The notes beneath the pieces are model-generated. The model had not been told where the DNA came from, did no database searches, and saw nothing but the letters and a program-made list of their open reading frames with translations. Source: Octopus vulgaris (lineage: Eukaryota). From it: a stretch of DNA of 64,000 nucleotides. A program made the position numbers and the translations under genes. The stretch covers positions 35,650,001 through 35,714,000 of the forward strand of contig OX597822.1 in NCBI GenBank assembly GCA_951406725.2, in the 5' to 3' direction. This document shows, in pieces, positions 1 to 12,772 of this stretch; the first letter of the stretch is position 1; every line of letters starts with the position of its first letter.

Positions 1-404
1 AAATGACTGAAACAAGTAAAAGAGTAAAGAGTAAAAGAGAGTATATAGAGGCTTCTCTCCTTTGGTTCGGCTTGACATTAGTAATAGTGTAAGGTATATT
101 TTAATTATGGATCACATACTCTTGGGGAGAATGGGTATATATGATATTAGGGAATATATTCTATTGGATGAGTTAGGAAACGACTCGCCTAAAGATGTCT
201 TGCCACAAACATTGAAATGTGCGGAAAAGAGGAACATTTTCCATTCCTATAATTGGAGAAACCTTTTCTATTCCTAAAATGGAGAAGTAAAGATTTAATA
301 ACTATGGTGTCAGGCAAGAATATAGCAGTAGGGTGACAAAATCTTTAGAGATTCCAACAAAATGTTTTACAGTATTTATTCCGGCTTTTACGTGTGTTTG
401 GTGA

Positions 405-520
405 AAGTGCGTGGCCTAATGATTAGGGTGTAGCCCTCACCATCGTCAGATCGGAGTTCGATTTCCGGGCCGGGCAGCGTGTTATGTTCTTGAGCAAAAC
501 ACTTCATTTCATGTTGTTCT
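405..520 (+). mobile_element. tRNA-derived SINE head fragment (family D, CORE-like)
   Basis: A-box-like GTGGCCTAATGATTAG and B-box GAGTTCGATTTC, followed by GTTCTTGAGCAAAACACTTCATTTCA, which is shared with the minus-strand copy at 7310-7542. Confidence 0.65.
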
Positions 521-1085
521 GCTGCTGTGTGGTGAACTGCATGTCAAAGAATAGACCCAACGTTTCCTCTGCATCTCATAAAGGGCGACCAAAAGAATTT
601 CAAATAGGACTTGTACTCCGGCCTCGTAAAACCCACATCAATAACGATAATCCAAACAGAGACCCATCAGTTGGAGTTGGAGGGTTACCACCTGAGTGGT
701 GCAGGGGCATCGTCTGACAGGAATAATGGAGAATCACCAACAAATGGTGGATGCAGCGACGCGCTGTTACACCACATGCCCCTACACTACTACTACTACT
801 ACTTTACGCTTTTAATCTTAATTCCACCGAGATTAATTTTGCCATACATATTTTGAGGGATCGATAAAAATATTGCGCCAATCCATAGCGACGGATTAGC
901 GGAATTATTTGTGCGCTGGACAAAATGTTATTAGATATTTGTTCCGGCTCTTTCCGTCCTGTATTTACCTGAAATGACTCTGGCTGCAAATTGAATCCAC
1001 CGTTGCTATAAAGAGCGAGGTTGTTCTGCATGGGTAACTGTTGCTCTCCTATTAAGAAAACCTTGCCCTGATCTTTCCTCTATTG

Positions 1086-1764
1086 CAGTGGTTCTCAACC
1101 ACGGTCTATATAAGATTTTGCAGGGTCCATGCAACAAAATAGTAAATTGGGGACCCATAATAGTATTTTAAGGGTCCCTGAAAAAATTTTGTTTTAGATG
1201 TATGCATTGGTGTGTATTTCAAGAAACAGCAAGATTTCTTTCTCTAACATTTTATATAGTTCAACCTGTGGAAGCACTCCATCGGTTACGACGACGAGTG
1301 TTCTGGTTGATCCGATCATCGGAACAGCCTGCTCATGAAATTAACGTGTAAGTGGCTGAGCACTCCACAGACACGTGTACCCTTAACGTAGTTCTCGGGG
1401 ATATTCAGCGTGACACAGAGAGTGACAAGGCCGGCCCTTTGAAATACAGGTACAACAGAAACAGGAAGTAAGAGTGAGAGAAAGTTGTGGTGAAAGAGTA
1501 CAGCAGGGATCACCACCATCCCTGCCGGAGCCTCGTGGAGCTTTAGGTGTTTTCGCTCAATAAACACTCACAACGCCCGGTCTGTGTTCAACCTACACAA
1601 GTTAATGTGTGAAAAACAAAATAGAATTTTGAAATAAGTTTCTATAAATCTTGTTTTTAAACATTGAATGGCTATGGGGTCCACCGGAATAAAATAATAA
1701 TCAAAAGATAGATAAAAAAAATAGATAGATAAAAAAGATAGATAAAAAATGGTTGAGACATCTG
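1086..1764. mobile_element. hAT (Charlie-like) MITE interrupted by a SINE
   Basis: TIRs CAGTGGTTCTCAACC / GGTTGAGACATCTG; 8-bp flanks CTCTATTG / CTCTAGAG resemble the NTCTAGAN target duplication of Charlie-type hATs. Confidence 0.75.
1269..1583 (-). mobile_element. 5'-truncated tRNA-derived SINE (family C) inserted in the hAT MITE
   Basis: Near-identical to 23882-24266 and 36428-36812; flanked by the duplication GTTCAACCT (~1260-1267 and ~1587-1594). Confidence 0.85.
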
Positions 1765-2416
1765 CTCTAGAGAAGTATTTTCTTTGAGAAGAACATAGTC
1801 AGTCTTAAAAGACTGCAGCATTAGTGAGGCAAGGATGTTTTCAATTATCCAAGTTATTCTTTAAGAGATAAATAAACGTTAAAAGATTTCATTTAGAAAA
1901 TATAACAACAGACACGAAAATTTATTCAACATCAAATTATTAAAACTGAATATAAATGTAGAACAGAGAATAAAATATAATGTGTTTATTGTGAACAAGA
2001 ATATTTTAATACCCGATACATCTGGTAGTTTTCAGACGTTTATCAAAGACTTTTCAACGGTGATGATTTCTCTTTTTCTTTTATCTTCAGGTTTGGTCAG
2101 ATCAATAAAAACAAGCTTTATAAATCCTTCTTAAAAGATTTACTGTCTTTTTTTATATTTAAATTAAAATTTACGAATGGAAGATTTGGCGAAGGTAGAA
2201 CGGGAGAGAGGGCAGTGTTATGATATCACGAGACAAGAAGACAAGTATATGAAAATATAAGAAAACAATACTAGCGTTGGTATTTTTCGACTAAAGCCTT
2301 TCAAAGCGGTGCCCCAGCATGGCCGCAGTCCAATGATTGAAACAAGTAAACGATAAACTGGCACTTCGTCGGTTACGGCGGCGTAAGTTCCAGTTGATTC
2401 GATCAACGCAACAGCC

Positions 2417-2828
2417 GGATCTTTTCGGTTTGAACGGCAGTTTTTAACATAATTTCTAAGTAACTAAAAAATTTTAAACTTCGTATACTGGTAGAATGTG
2501 TTTATAAAACATCTTTTTCTCTTGGCTTTATTAAGAAAATTCTATAGTTTGTAAGATATTTGTTGTTGTTTTTTCTTCAATTTCTGCAATTTCAACCAAT
2601 CAGTGACGTCTATTGAGTTAAAAAGCATTCTGTGCCGTATGAATATGTCCCTCGTTTAAGAAACAGATTGGGTTTATTTACATCTGTGAATAAAAAAAGA
2701 TACCATTCCCCCACCCCTAACCATAAAATAGATTGAAATGCAATAGATCGATACTAGGGTTATAATTATGGGTGACAATTTCATATGATACCGCTAGAAA
2801 AAAACTGCCATTCAAACCGAAAAGATCC
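2417..2828. mobile_element. MITE with ~29-bp terminal inverted repeats
   Basis: GGATCTTTTCGGTTTGAACGGCAGTTTTT ... AAAAACTGCCATTCAAACCGAAAAGATCC; non-coding interior; superfamily not assignable. Confidence 0.8.
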
Positions 2829-3474
2829 ATTGAAACGGTTGTCTTCACAAATAAAGTCTTTAAACCTCATCAACAGAAAAGTACATGAGAGAGTTAATGA
2901 CAGTATGAGAAAACGTATTGCTAAATCATTAAATCAAACATAATTTGACTGACAGTAGAGGATAGACTTATATTAATAGAACAAGACATTAATGAAAATA
3001 AATGTAGGTTTTCTGATGACTTTCTTAGAAAGTTGAGCGTGTTGTATGATAAGTTATTAATTATATCAAACGATAAATGAAAAGATACAGCGACAGGAAG
3101 TTATATCGTGAAAATAAGATTTGAAATCCCTGTTCTTATAATACATATATATATAAAGATGACATTCTCAAGTTGCTTTTCCGATTGCCAAAGTTAATTC
3201 AACTGGATACAACGAATTAATGCAAATAAGTTAGTTTCCTTCCCACAGACAGTTTTCATTTATTAGCTGTTAGCATGATTTTTTGTTTTTATTGTGAGCT
3301 ATAATCTTTTCTCAAATGTCAACAACATCTAATAAAACATCTGCAATTTTTTGTTTAAATTGTTTCATGTAAGTTGAAGGAAATTTAATTCTTGCGCTTT
3401 TTCCTTTTTCTTTCTAACAGTTTTTCTTTTTACAGCATTTAATTCAAAGCTGAATTAATATTTTCAAATCCTTA

Positions 3475-3695
3475 AGGCGGTGAGCTGACAGAAACGTTAG
3501 CACACCGGACGAAATGCCTAGCGGTATTTTGTCTGCCGTTACGTTGTGAGTTCAAATTCCGCTGAGATCGACTTTGCCGTTCATCTTTTCTGGGTCGACA
3601 AATTAAATACCAGTTGCTTACTGGGATCGATCTAATCGACTGGCCCCCGCTCCCAAAAATTTTGGGTCTTGTGCCTACCTAGAATAGAAAAGAAT
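3475..3695 (+). mobile_element. tRNA-derived SINE (family A)
   Basis: GGCGGTGAGCTG.CAGAAACGTTAGC head, B-box GAGTTCAAATTCC, central GCC.TTCATC.TTT..GGGTCGA domain; many copies in the window. Confidence 0.85.
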
Positions 3696-4343
3696 ATTTT
3701 CGGGTCATTATTTTACTATTTCTCGATGTTCGCTTTCACGACAGAATATATATTGCACGATCCATTTTCCATTGTAATGCTTATATATATTGTCACTATA
3801 GTCCGGGTTTATAATTTTTTTCAAAAATCATTAGTGACGAATGGAATTTAATATAGCCATGGAGAAAATTGAAAAGGTTTGAAAACGAAGTGTTTTTCCC
3901 AGAGTTTTGTTGCTATTATTTGATATTTTAATTATATATCATAAGTTAAATCAGGAAACACTGTGTCAATAACCTTTGCAAGCTTTCATAGAATGATAAG
4001 ATTGATGTAAACATACAAACAAGTTAAATATCTACAGAGGGGGAAATGTAATTGAGTAGAGAAACAAGAACGTTTGTCATGTGTTTATATTGCTTATAGG
4101 AGTGGAAATTGAAGAAGTCATTTGGTAGCGTTCCTTGTTCAAATCCTGCCGAAATCTACCATTCATCTTTTCGAGCTCTAAAATTATTCATTGTTCTTAT
4201 TCAGTTGATATTTCGTGCAGTACATTTAACTTATTTTCATATAGGAGACCCCCTTCGGTCATAAATGACCATGGGATTGCACCTAGAAAGTTACCCTTCA
4301 AGGCACAAGTCAGGGCAAGATTGTTTATGGAAGGCTAGCCGTA

Positions 4344-4437
<94 letters not shown>

Positions 4438-5029
4438 ATTTAATCATTTAATATTTGATATAAATATAAATTTAATAATTTAATATTGTCTCTAAAGGGG
4501 AAAATTTAACATTTAATTTCTGTGTAACAAAATTCTTGACGTGATAGAAAATTTCTGGGGGTTTTTCTGAACTCAGTACCATCTAAATTAGGTAAGACTA
4601 ATTGTAAAAATCATGACAACTAAAATTGCTTTCGAAAATATTTCCTACTGTTATCAATAAAAGTATTATTACTTACAGGCAAGCAATACAATTGTGCTTA
4701 TTCAGGAGATTAAATTGTAGAAAAATAAACCTTGACAGAAGAAGACTGACGGTAGTTTTGAAATCATGATGCCATTTTAAGTCTAAATCAAGTGAAAAAG
4801 CAAACTCAAGAGCAATTATGTTCAAAATTGTTCCCCTTATAATAGAAGTTATAAGTTTAATATAATATTAATTTCTGATTAAATCAAATGGCCTCAGAAC
4901 TATTTGAGATGGAAATGCCGAAATTTCTTTCTTGGAGGGATTGGCTTTGTAGGCGAAACAGAACTGAGTTATTTTAATAAGACGTGTGCCAAATTTAGAA
5001 CTCGTTGGTGGCAATAAATCTTTCTACAT

Positions 5030-5643
5030 GGCGGCGAGTTGGCAGAAACGTTAGCACGCCGGGCGAAATGCTGAGCAGTATTTCGTCTGCCGCTACGTTC
5101 TGAGTTCAAATTCCGCCGAGGTCGACTTTGCCTTTCATCCTTTCGGGGTCGATATATTATGTACCAGTTACGCACTGGGGTCGATGTAATCGACTTAATT
5201 CCTTTGTCTGTCCTTGTTTGTCCCCTCTATGTTTAGCCCCTTGTGGGCAATAAAGAAATAAGATATAAACGTTAGCACGTCGGGTGAAATGCTTAGCAGT
5301 ATTTCGTCTGCCGTTACGTTCTGAGTTCAAATTCCGCCGAGGTCGACTTTGCCTTTCATCCTTTAGGGGGCGATTAAATAAGTACCAGTTACGCACTGGG
5401 GGCGATATAATCGACTTAAACCGTTTGTCTGTCCTTGTTTGTCCTCTCAGTGTTTAGCCCCTTGTGGGTAGTAAAGAAATAGGTATTTCGTCTGTCTTTA
5501 CGTTCTGAGTTTAAATTCCGCCGAGGTCGACTTTGCCTGTTATCCTTTGTGGGGGGGGCGGTAAATTAAGTTGCGTGCTGAGGTCGATGTAATCGACTGG
5601 CTCCCTCCCCAAAAATGTCGGGCCTTGTGCCTAGAGTAGAAAA
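5030..5643 (+). mobile_element. Family A SINE multimer (three partial tandem units)
   Basis: TATTTCGTCTG...GAGTTCAAATTCCGCCGAGGTCGACTTTGCC unit recurs at ~5080, ~5300 and ~5484. Confidence 0.85.
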
Positions 5644-6158
5644 AAAAAAGAAGAAATCCTTCGACATCGCAATACTTTCTCACTTTCAAATATACTTTGT
5701 CTCTCCATTCAGCTTGTTTTTATGAAAATACATTGCTTTCTACTCTCAACAATGTAGTAACTATCAAACAAAATGTTGGAAAATGCGACTAACTGGTTCA
5801 ACCGAAAGCACATAGGACAAAAATGCTTCGTAGCATTTTTTCTGGTTCTTTGCTTTCTGGGTCAAATCCCGCCAGGATCAACTTTACCTACTTCTATTCG
5901 GGATCAATAAAGTCAAGTACCGTGGTTGATGTAATCCTTCCTCAAAATTGGTTGCTTTGAACCCTGAAATGTGCCAGCATCCCGTTTAGTGGGAATGTTG
6001 TGATACTGGCCACTTATATGTCATTGAAACCGGATGACCTACCTGAGGAGTCCTAAGGGTCGAGATAAAAAGAAGAGTCGAAGACATCTTCTGGCAACAT
6101 CTTAGCAGAAGCATTTATAGACTTTTCAAAGGATAAGAAAATAAATTGAAGTTGCATA

Positions 6159-6336
6159 GGCGTAAGAGTGGCTGTGTGGTAAGTAGCTTGCTTACGAACC
6201 ACATGGTCCAGCTTCAGTCCCACTGCGTGTGGCACCTTGGGCGAGTGTTTTCTACTATAGCCTCGGGCCTACCAAAGCCTTGTTAGTGGATTTGGTAGAC
6301 GGAAACTGAAAGAAGTCTGTCGTATATATGTATATA

Positions 6337-6378
<42 letters not shown>

Positions 6379-6580
6379 TGTGTGTGTGTTTGTTCCCCAA
6401 CATCGCTTGACAACCGATGCTGGTGTGTTTATGTCCCCGTAAATTAGCGGTTCGGCAAAAGAGACCGATAGAAGTACTAGGCTTACAAAGAATAAGTCCT
6501 GGGGGCGATTTGCTCGACTAAAGGTGGTGCTCCAGCATGGCCACAATCAAATGACTGAAACAAGTAAAAGAGCAAAAGAG
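6159..6580 (+). mobile_element. tRNA-derived CORE-like SINE (family B) with internal (TA)n/(TG)n
   Basis: GGCGTAAGAGTGGCTGTGTGGTAAG head, CACCTTGGGC.AGTG core, internal microsatellite, tail CCAGCATGGCC..AGTC..ATGACTGAAACAAGTAAAAGA. Confidence 0.85.
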
Positions 6581-6689
6581 AGTTGCTTTTCAGCGACTAC
6601 AGAGTTAGTGATACCCAATATTACAAAAGAAAGAAACACTTGTTAATCAACTAATCTTTAATTTATTCATGAATATATATTGGTTTCAT

Positions 6690-7761
6690 ATTTTGACAGA
6701 AAGCCAGCAATTAAGTATGTGGGGTTAAGTGGATTACATCGATCCCAGTGCTTAACTGGTGCTTATTTTACCGACTCCGAAAGGATGACAAGCAAAATCA
6801 GCCTCGGCGGAATTCGAACTCAGACCGTGAAGACGGACGTAATGCCGCTAAGCATTTTGTCCGACGTGCTAACGTTTCTGCCAGCTCCCCGCTTAAGAAA
6901 AATATATACGAGAGTGTGCTGAAAAGTTCCGGGCCTTAAGGGTTTGGCGGCAGGACTGTTTGGAGGCCTAACCTTCCCAGTTCTTTTACAGGGCTTACAA
7001 AAAGAGGAGTACCGCTGCAAAAAAGTGTGTGAATCTGAGAGAAGAATATGCTGAATAAAATCTAATTTTAGTTCAAACTAGCAATGTTGAGGGTAGGGGT
7101 TAAATCTGTTACATCGATCCCAAATACTTGACTGGTACTTTATATTATCGACCCGGAAAAAGATGACCGACAAAATTGACCTCAGCTAAATTTGGATTCA
7201 GAACGTTAAAAGCCAGAATGAATACGCGAGGCATTTTGCCTGATATACTAATGATTTTGCAAGCTCGCTGCTTTAATTTTTTTCATATAATACTATATAT
7301 AATAAAAATAAATGCGCCCTTTAAAAGCCTAGTCAGGCTCATGGGCCCGGTTTCTCGGTTTCGATGGCGTATGTGTTCCCCAGCTGGACGGGACGCCAGT
7401 CCATCACAGCGTTACTCGTTTTTGCCAGCTGAGTGGACTAGAGCACCGTGAAATGAAGTGTTTTGCTCAAGAAGACAACGCGTCACCCGGTCCAGGAATC
7501 GAAACCACAATCTTATGGTCATGATGCTGACACCTTAACCAGTGATTTCAAATTTTGGCACAAGGCCAGCAGTTTCGGGAGAGGGTGCCAATCGATTATA
7601 TCGACCCCAGTGCTCAACTGGGGTTGATATAATTTTATCGACCCCCTAAAGGATAAAAGGCAGAGTCGACGTCGGCGGAATTTGAACTCAGAGCGTAACG
7701 GCAGCCTGAATGCCGCTAAGCATTTTCCCGGCATGCTAACGATTATGCCAGCTCGTTGCCT
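6690..7761 (-). mobile_element. Cluster of SINEs (family A at ~6690-6892, ~7075-7272, ~7545-7761; family D at ~7310-7542) plus a mariner-derived remnant at ~6907-7060
   Basis: Reverse-complement matches to the SINE consensus; TACGAGAGTGTGCTGAAAAGTTCC resembles a mariner TIR. Confidence 0.7.
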
Positions 7762-8128
7762 TCGTATAATACTAAATATCAAAAATCGTAGACAAAAGTT
7801 GTCATGAAAAGCAGATGGCAAAACAAAATATATTTTTCTCTGTAGACAATTTACTTCTCTAACGCTTGGCATATATATTTTAAACCTCGTTTTGATTTGG
7901 CTTCATGTAATATCACTATAGTTTTAAAGAGAGGGGATTTGAGATTTACTTCAAATTCTGTAATACATGGGTATTAAGTATGTGTTCAACGATCGGCAAC
8001 AGCGACCGATAGGGAAAATACCAGGCTTAAAAAAAAAAAACAGATAAGTCATGGGGTCGATTTGTTCGACTAGAACCCTTCAAGCATGGCCGCAGTCAAA
8101 TGACTGAAACAAGTAAAAGATAAAAAAA

Positions 8129-8163
8129 TTATATATATATATATGTGATCACTTGTGTGTGTG

Positions 8164-8217
<54 letters not shown>

Positions 8218-8296
8218 TATACACATATATATATATATATATATATCTATATATACACATATATATACACATATATATATATATACACATATATAC

Positions 8297-8327
<31 letters not shown>

Positions 8328-8402
8328 CATACATATACGTATATGTATATACATATACGTATATGTATATACATATATATATATACATATATATATACAT
8401 AC

Positions 8403-8441
<39 letters not shown>
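8129..8441. repeat. Compound (TA)n/(TACA)n microsatellite
   Basis: Read directly; source of the YI-repeat ORFs. Confidence 0.95.
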
Positions 8442-9626
8442 ATCCAATTTCAGTGTTACAAGGCTTGAAACTTTTTTTAAATGTGAAAGGATAAAAGAAA
8501 CTATAGTGACCTCGATTTAATGATTTGCAAATATGTAATCTTGTTATTCTGTTCTGAATTCAGATCCCACTGATGAGTGTTTTTGCTCGAAATGTTAACA
8601 ATCTCATTTCCCAATGCCTTATATATCTCCACTGATATTATACATAATATAAGATGCATTTATGTGATGTATTATACTATTCTACTCTTCAATATTATAG
8701 TATATCATCTATGAATGAATTTTGCGTGGTAGGTGCAGTATAGCCGAATGATTAAGAAACTCGTTTTTGCAACCACGAGATCCTGGATTCAATCCCACTG
8801 TATGGCACCTTGAGCAAACGTCATTTTCTATATCCTTGAATGACCTCATACTTTGTGGGCGAAAATGGGTAAACGGAAACTATTGAAACCCTTAGGTGGA
8901 TTGAACCAGTTATTTAAACAGGTGAGCCTTGTTACACTGTCATGCTGATTTTACTTGCGATTTTCCCTTAACAGTGCATATGTCCCTATATCTGGTTGTC
9001 CCTTTATACGTTAATTCAAGAGCAATTGATTCAGTTGAATGACTGACGAAATCTTTGTCGACCAACGACGGAGATCCACTGCTACTAAATCTCACGTAAG
9101 ATTATTTACTCTATTGAAATTATTTGCTAAACGTGAAAATCCAGTCATTCAATGCTTATATTTAAATAAATAATAAGAAGACAAATAATACTGCGGTATT
9201 TTGGTACGAGTTTATACGTAAAGCCTTATAACTAAAGTTATATCCAAAGACATGTATGCATGTATGTATGTATGTATGTATGTATGTATGTATGTATGTA
9301 TTTATGTTTGTATGTATGTATGTTAGTATGTGTGTATGTATGTATGTAATACCGATTTCTTACACTGGCACAAAGCCATATATTTGTAGCTGGAATTCTA
9401 GTTAATTGAATCGCTTCAGTACATGTCTAGGACTTATTGTGTCTGTTCAAAAGTAATAAAAATCGAAATTAAAGCCAACGGAAATTTAAACACCGAACCT
9501 AGGAAAGCCAAACTGAATAATGTAAATTACAATAAATGAAATCTAAAAATATACCGTTCTTGAAATTTCACATTGAAATTTAATATCCTTTATATGTTGA
9601 TTTCTTTTAAGGCATTTGATATACTG

Positions 9627-9658
<32 letters not shown>

Positions 9659-9661
<3 letters not shown>

Positions 9662-10071
9662 AAATTTAGAGGAATGACCACTAAAAGTGGACAGCCCAGA
9701 GCATTCTGTATCTAGTTCTGGAAATTGTGTTTTGTAAACGACAGACTATGCTGATGATCTTGCAGATATTTGCGTGGCCATATACGTAGATATTAACAAG
9801 TGAAGCCAATGGTACATAGGTAATCGTTTTCTATTTCGTATATTTCCATTTGTCTTGCTTATTTTTACATTTTAGTTTTTTGCTGAGATTTTTCTTGAGA
9901 TCACATTCTTCGTGGTAATGGCGATTTGAAGTCTATGTTTAGCATATAGGCTGTCCACTTTTAGTGGGCATTCCTCTAAATTTTGTATGTAACACAATTT
10001 TTAATCTTCGAAATTTTTCAAAATATGCTAAGCCACTGGTTTCAATTGATTAATATCAATTTCTACCCTTG

Positions 10072-10078
<7 letters not shown>
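9659..10078 (+). mobile_element. (TA)n-flanked non-autonomous Penelope-like element fragment with a 5' inverted segment
   Basis: 9659-9696 is the reverse complement of ~9949-9986; contains an HHR motif; (TA)n on both sides. Confidence 0.7.
9746..9819 (+). ncRNA. Type I hammerhead ribozyme motif with long stem II (A15.1->G variant)
   Basis: CTATG-CTGATGA-[TCTTG..ATATTTGCGT..ACGTAGATAT..CAAGT]-GAAG-CCAATGG-TA-CATAG; stems I, II and III all pair. Confidence 0.7.
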
Positions 10079-10130
<52 letters not shown>

Positions 10131-10229
10131 TAGCTCTAGAAATTATTAGGCCAGTAACCCGCTTTCCATGGCGCATAAGTCGCTGAAGCTATACAATTCT
10201 CACAGAATGGCAATGTTATTAGTTGCGTG

Positions 10230-10968
10230 GTTGAAAGCCAGCAACTTTGAAGAAAGGTACAATGAAGTGGATGACATCGACATCAATACTTGACTGGTAT
10301 TTTATTTTATCAACCACGGAGGAATGGATGAAAGGCAAGATCAAACTTGGTGGGCTTTTGAACTCAGAACCTAAAGAGTCGGAAGAAAAACCGGTAATGA
10401 TTTTGTCCAACGTGCTAACGATTCTTTTCTATTAAAAGCACAAGGCGCGAAATTGGGGGTGGGGACTAGTTGAATGGATCGACTCCAGTACGCAACTAGT
10501 ACTTAATTTATCGACCCCGAAAGGAAGAAAGGCAAAGTCGACCGCTGCAGAATTTGAACTCAAAAGAGAATATTTTCTACCCTAGGCATAAGGCACGAAA
10601 TTTGTGGGAAAGGGCTAGTCGATTAGATTGACCCCAGTACACAACTGGTGTTCACTTCATCGACCCCGAAAGGATGAAAGGCAATGTTGACCTCAGCGGC
10701 ATTTGAACTCAGAACGTAGCAGCAGACTAAATACCTATTTCTTTACTGCCCACAAAGGGGCTAAACACTGAGAGAATAAACAAGGACAGACTAACGGATT
10801 AAGTCGATTATATCGACCCCAGTGCGTAACTGGTAGTTATTTAATCGACCCCGAAAGGATGAAAGGCAAAGTCGACCTCGGCGGAATTTGAACTCAGAAC
10901 GTAACGGCAGACAAAATACCGCTAAGCATTTCGCCCGGCGTGCTAACGATTCTGCCAGCTCGCCACCC
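10230..10968 (-). mobile_element. Cluster of four family A SINE copies or units
   Basis: Repeated TCGACCCCGAAAGGATGAAAGGCAAAGTCGACC...TTTGAACTCAGAAC. Confidence 0.85.
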
Positions 10969-11141
10969 TTATAGATTTCTTTTAGTTGCATAAAGATAAA
11001 TTCGATAGGATTATTTGTCCTTGGCACTTATTTTATTGTTCAGTGACAGAAAAAAGATATATAAAACAATTCTGAGAAAATTGATGGAAGTTTCAGTCGG
11101 AAAAGTTTATTTATTGAAGTTAATAAATTTGTATGTGTATT

Positions 11142-11173
<32 letters not shown>

Positions 11174-11427
11174 GGAGAGAGGAGACGAGAATCTAAACGT
11201 TTCAGACCTAAAAAATTCACTGAAGTCGGAATCAGTTGGATCTGGATTCAGGACGTAGAATGATGGAATCACATCTTGCCAGTAAATTTGATGAACCACT
11301 GTTTCTGATATCTCGCCAATGTTTTGCTTATTTGATTCTACAATACCGAAGTTATCAATAACCAGAAACATTGTTGTTGTTCTTTTTAATTATTAATACT
11401 AGCTTTCCTTTCATATATATATATATA

Positions 11428-12687
11428 TTGGGTTGGCAAGAAAGTAATTTCAGTTTTTTAGTGTGAAATAAAAGTCATTTCTTTTTTCATACAAAGAATG
11501 AACTTTAATCAAATATATATTTTCCATTTTGTTCTATGACCTTTTGCCATCTTTCTGGCAACTTCATGATTCCGCGCTCATAGAACTTCTGCGCCTTATC
11601 ACCCATAAACTCAAGCAAGGGCGATTTCAGGTCGTCATCATTATTGAAAGGTTTATCATTCAAAGAATTTTGCAAACTTCGAAATAAATGGTAATCTGAT
11701 GGTGCAGTGTCAGGGCTATATAGTGAATGTGACATTACCTCACAACCAAACTCCAGTAAATTTAGCAAATATATGTGTGGTCTAGCGTTGTCATGGAAGA
11801 ACACGATTCCGTTACGATTTGCCAATTCTGGCCGTTTTTCTTTGATTCCTTCCTCCAGTTTCTTTAGTTGCTAAGAGTAAACCTCTGAATTGAACATTTG
11901 GTTCCTTGAAAGCAGCTCAAAATACACAATAGCTTTGTAATCCCACCAAATTGACAGTGTGACCTTTTTATGCAATTGAGCTTTCCATGTGGTTTGTGCT
12001 GGTTCATTACGCTTGGACCATAATTGTTTTCGATTGATATTATTGTATACAAACCATTTTTCATCAACAGTGATGATTCGTTTCAAAGGAAGTCCATTTC
12101 ATTGCATTTTAGATGTTTGTCGCAAATACTGATTCGTTGTGTTAAGTGAATCTCTTTCAATTTATGTGGAACCCAAGTATCGAGCTTCTTAACGAGTCCA
12201 AGACATTTTAAATGATTTTCAGTTGTTGTGCACGATACATTCAACTTCTCTGCAATCTTTCGCGCAGTTATATGACAGATTCACTTATGGCTTTGATTCG
12301 ATTACCATAAGTTAATCGACCAGAACATTGGTCATCTTTAAGTGAAAAATCTCCAGAACAGAATTTTTTAAGCCATTTCTGACATGTGCGTTCTGTTAAG
12401 CAATCAACACCATAGATTTGGCATACCTCTTTGTGAGCCTCAGCAGCTTCCTTGCATTTACGAAAATAAAAAAAGCAAAATATGGCGAAAATGTTCGTTT
12501 TGCATTCCATGTTAAAATTGACACTGAACTAACAGCTTTAAACAAAATTACGTGCAATTTGCTTCTAAAGTAACTAAAAGTAGCGGCTATCAAATGTCAA
12601 AAGAAAAAATTATAACAGTGACAAAAGTCATGCAAAAAGTTCGTAACTCAATCTATTTGCGAAAAATAAAATTTCTTTCTTGCTAAC

Positions 12688-12691
<4 letters not shown>
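11428..12691 (-). mobile_element. Near full-length decayed mariner transposon (transposase pseudogene)
   Basis: TIRs TTGGGTTGGCAAGAAAG / CTTTCTTGCTAACCCAA flanked by TA; fragments ERTCQKWLKKFCSGDFSLKD, IITVDEKW, HDNARPH, YSPDTAPSDYHLF, split by frameshifts and stops. Confidence 0.95.

Positions 12692-12767
<76 letters not shown>

Positions 12768-12772
<5 letters not shown>

Noticed and set aside
4969-5396. Recurrent 'MRNWY..RPRKDERQSRPRRNLNSER' peptides that look like a gene family
   Set aside because: Antisense read-through of the family A SINE
5030-5643. Regularly spaced repeats resembling a CRISPR array
   Set aside because: Units are ~190-nt SINE bodies without unique spacers; eukaryotic context and no cas genes
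8566-8605. CTGATGA...GAAA hammerhead-like string
   Set aside because: No stem I complement after a cleavage triplet and stem II is poor; at best a heavily decayed remnant
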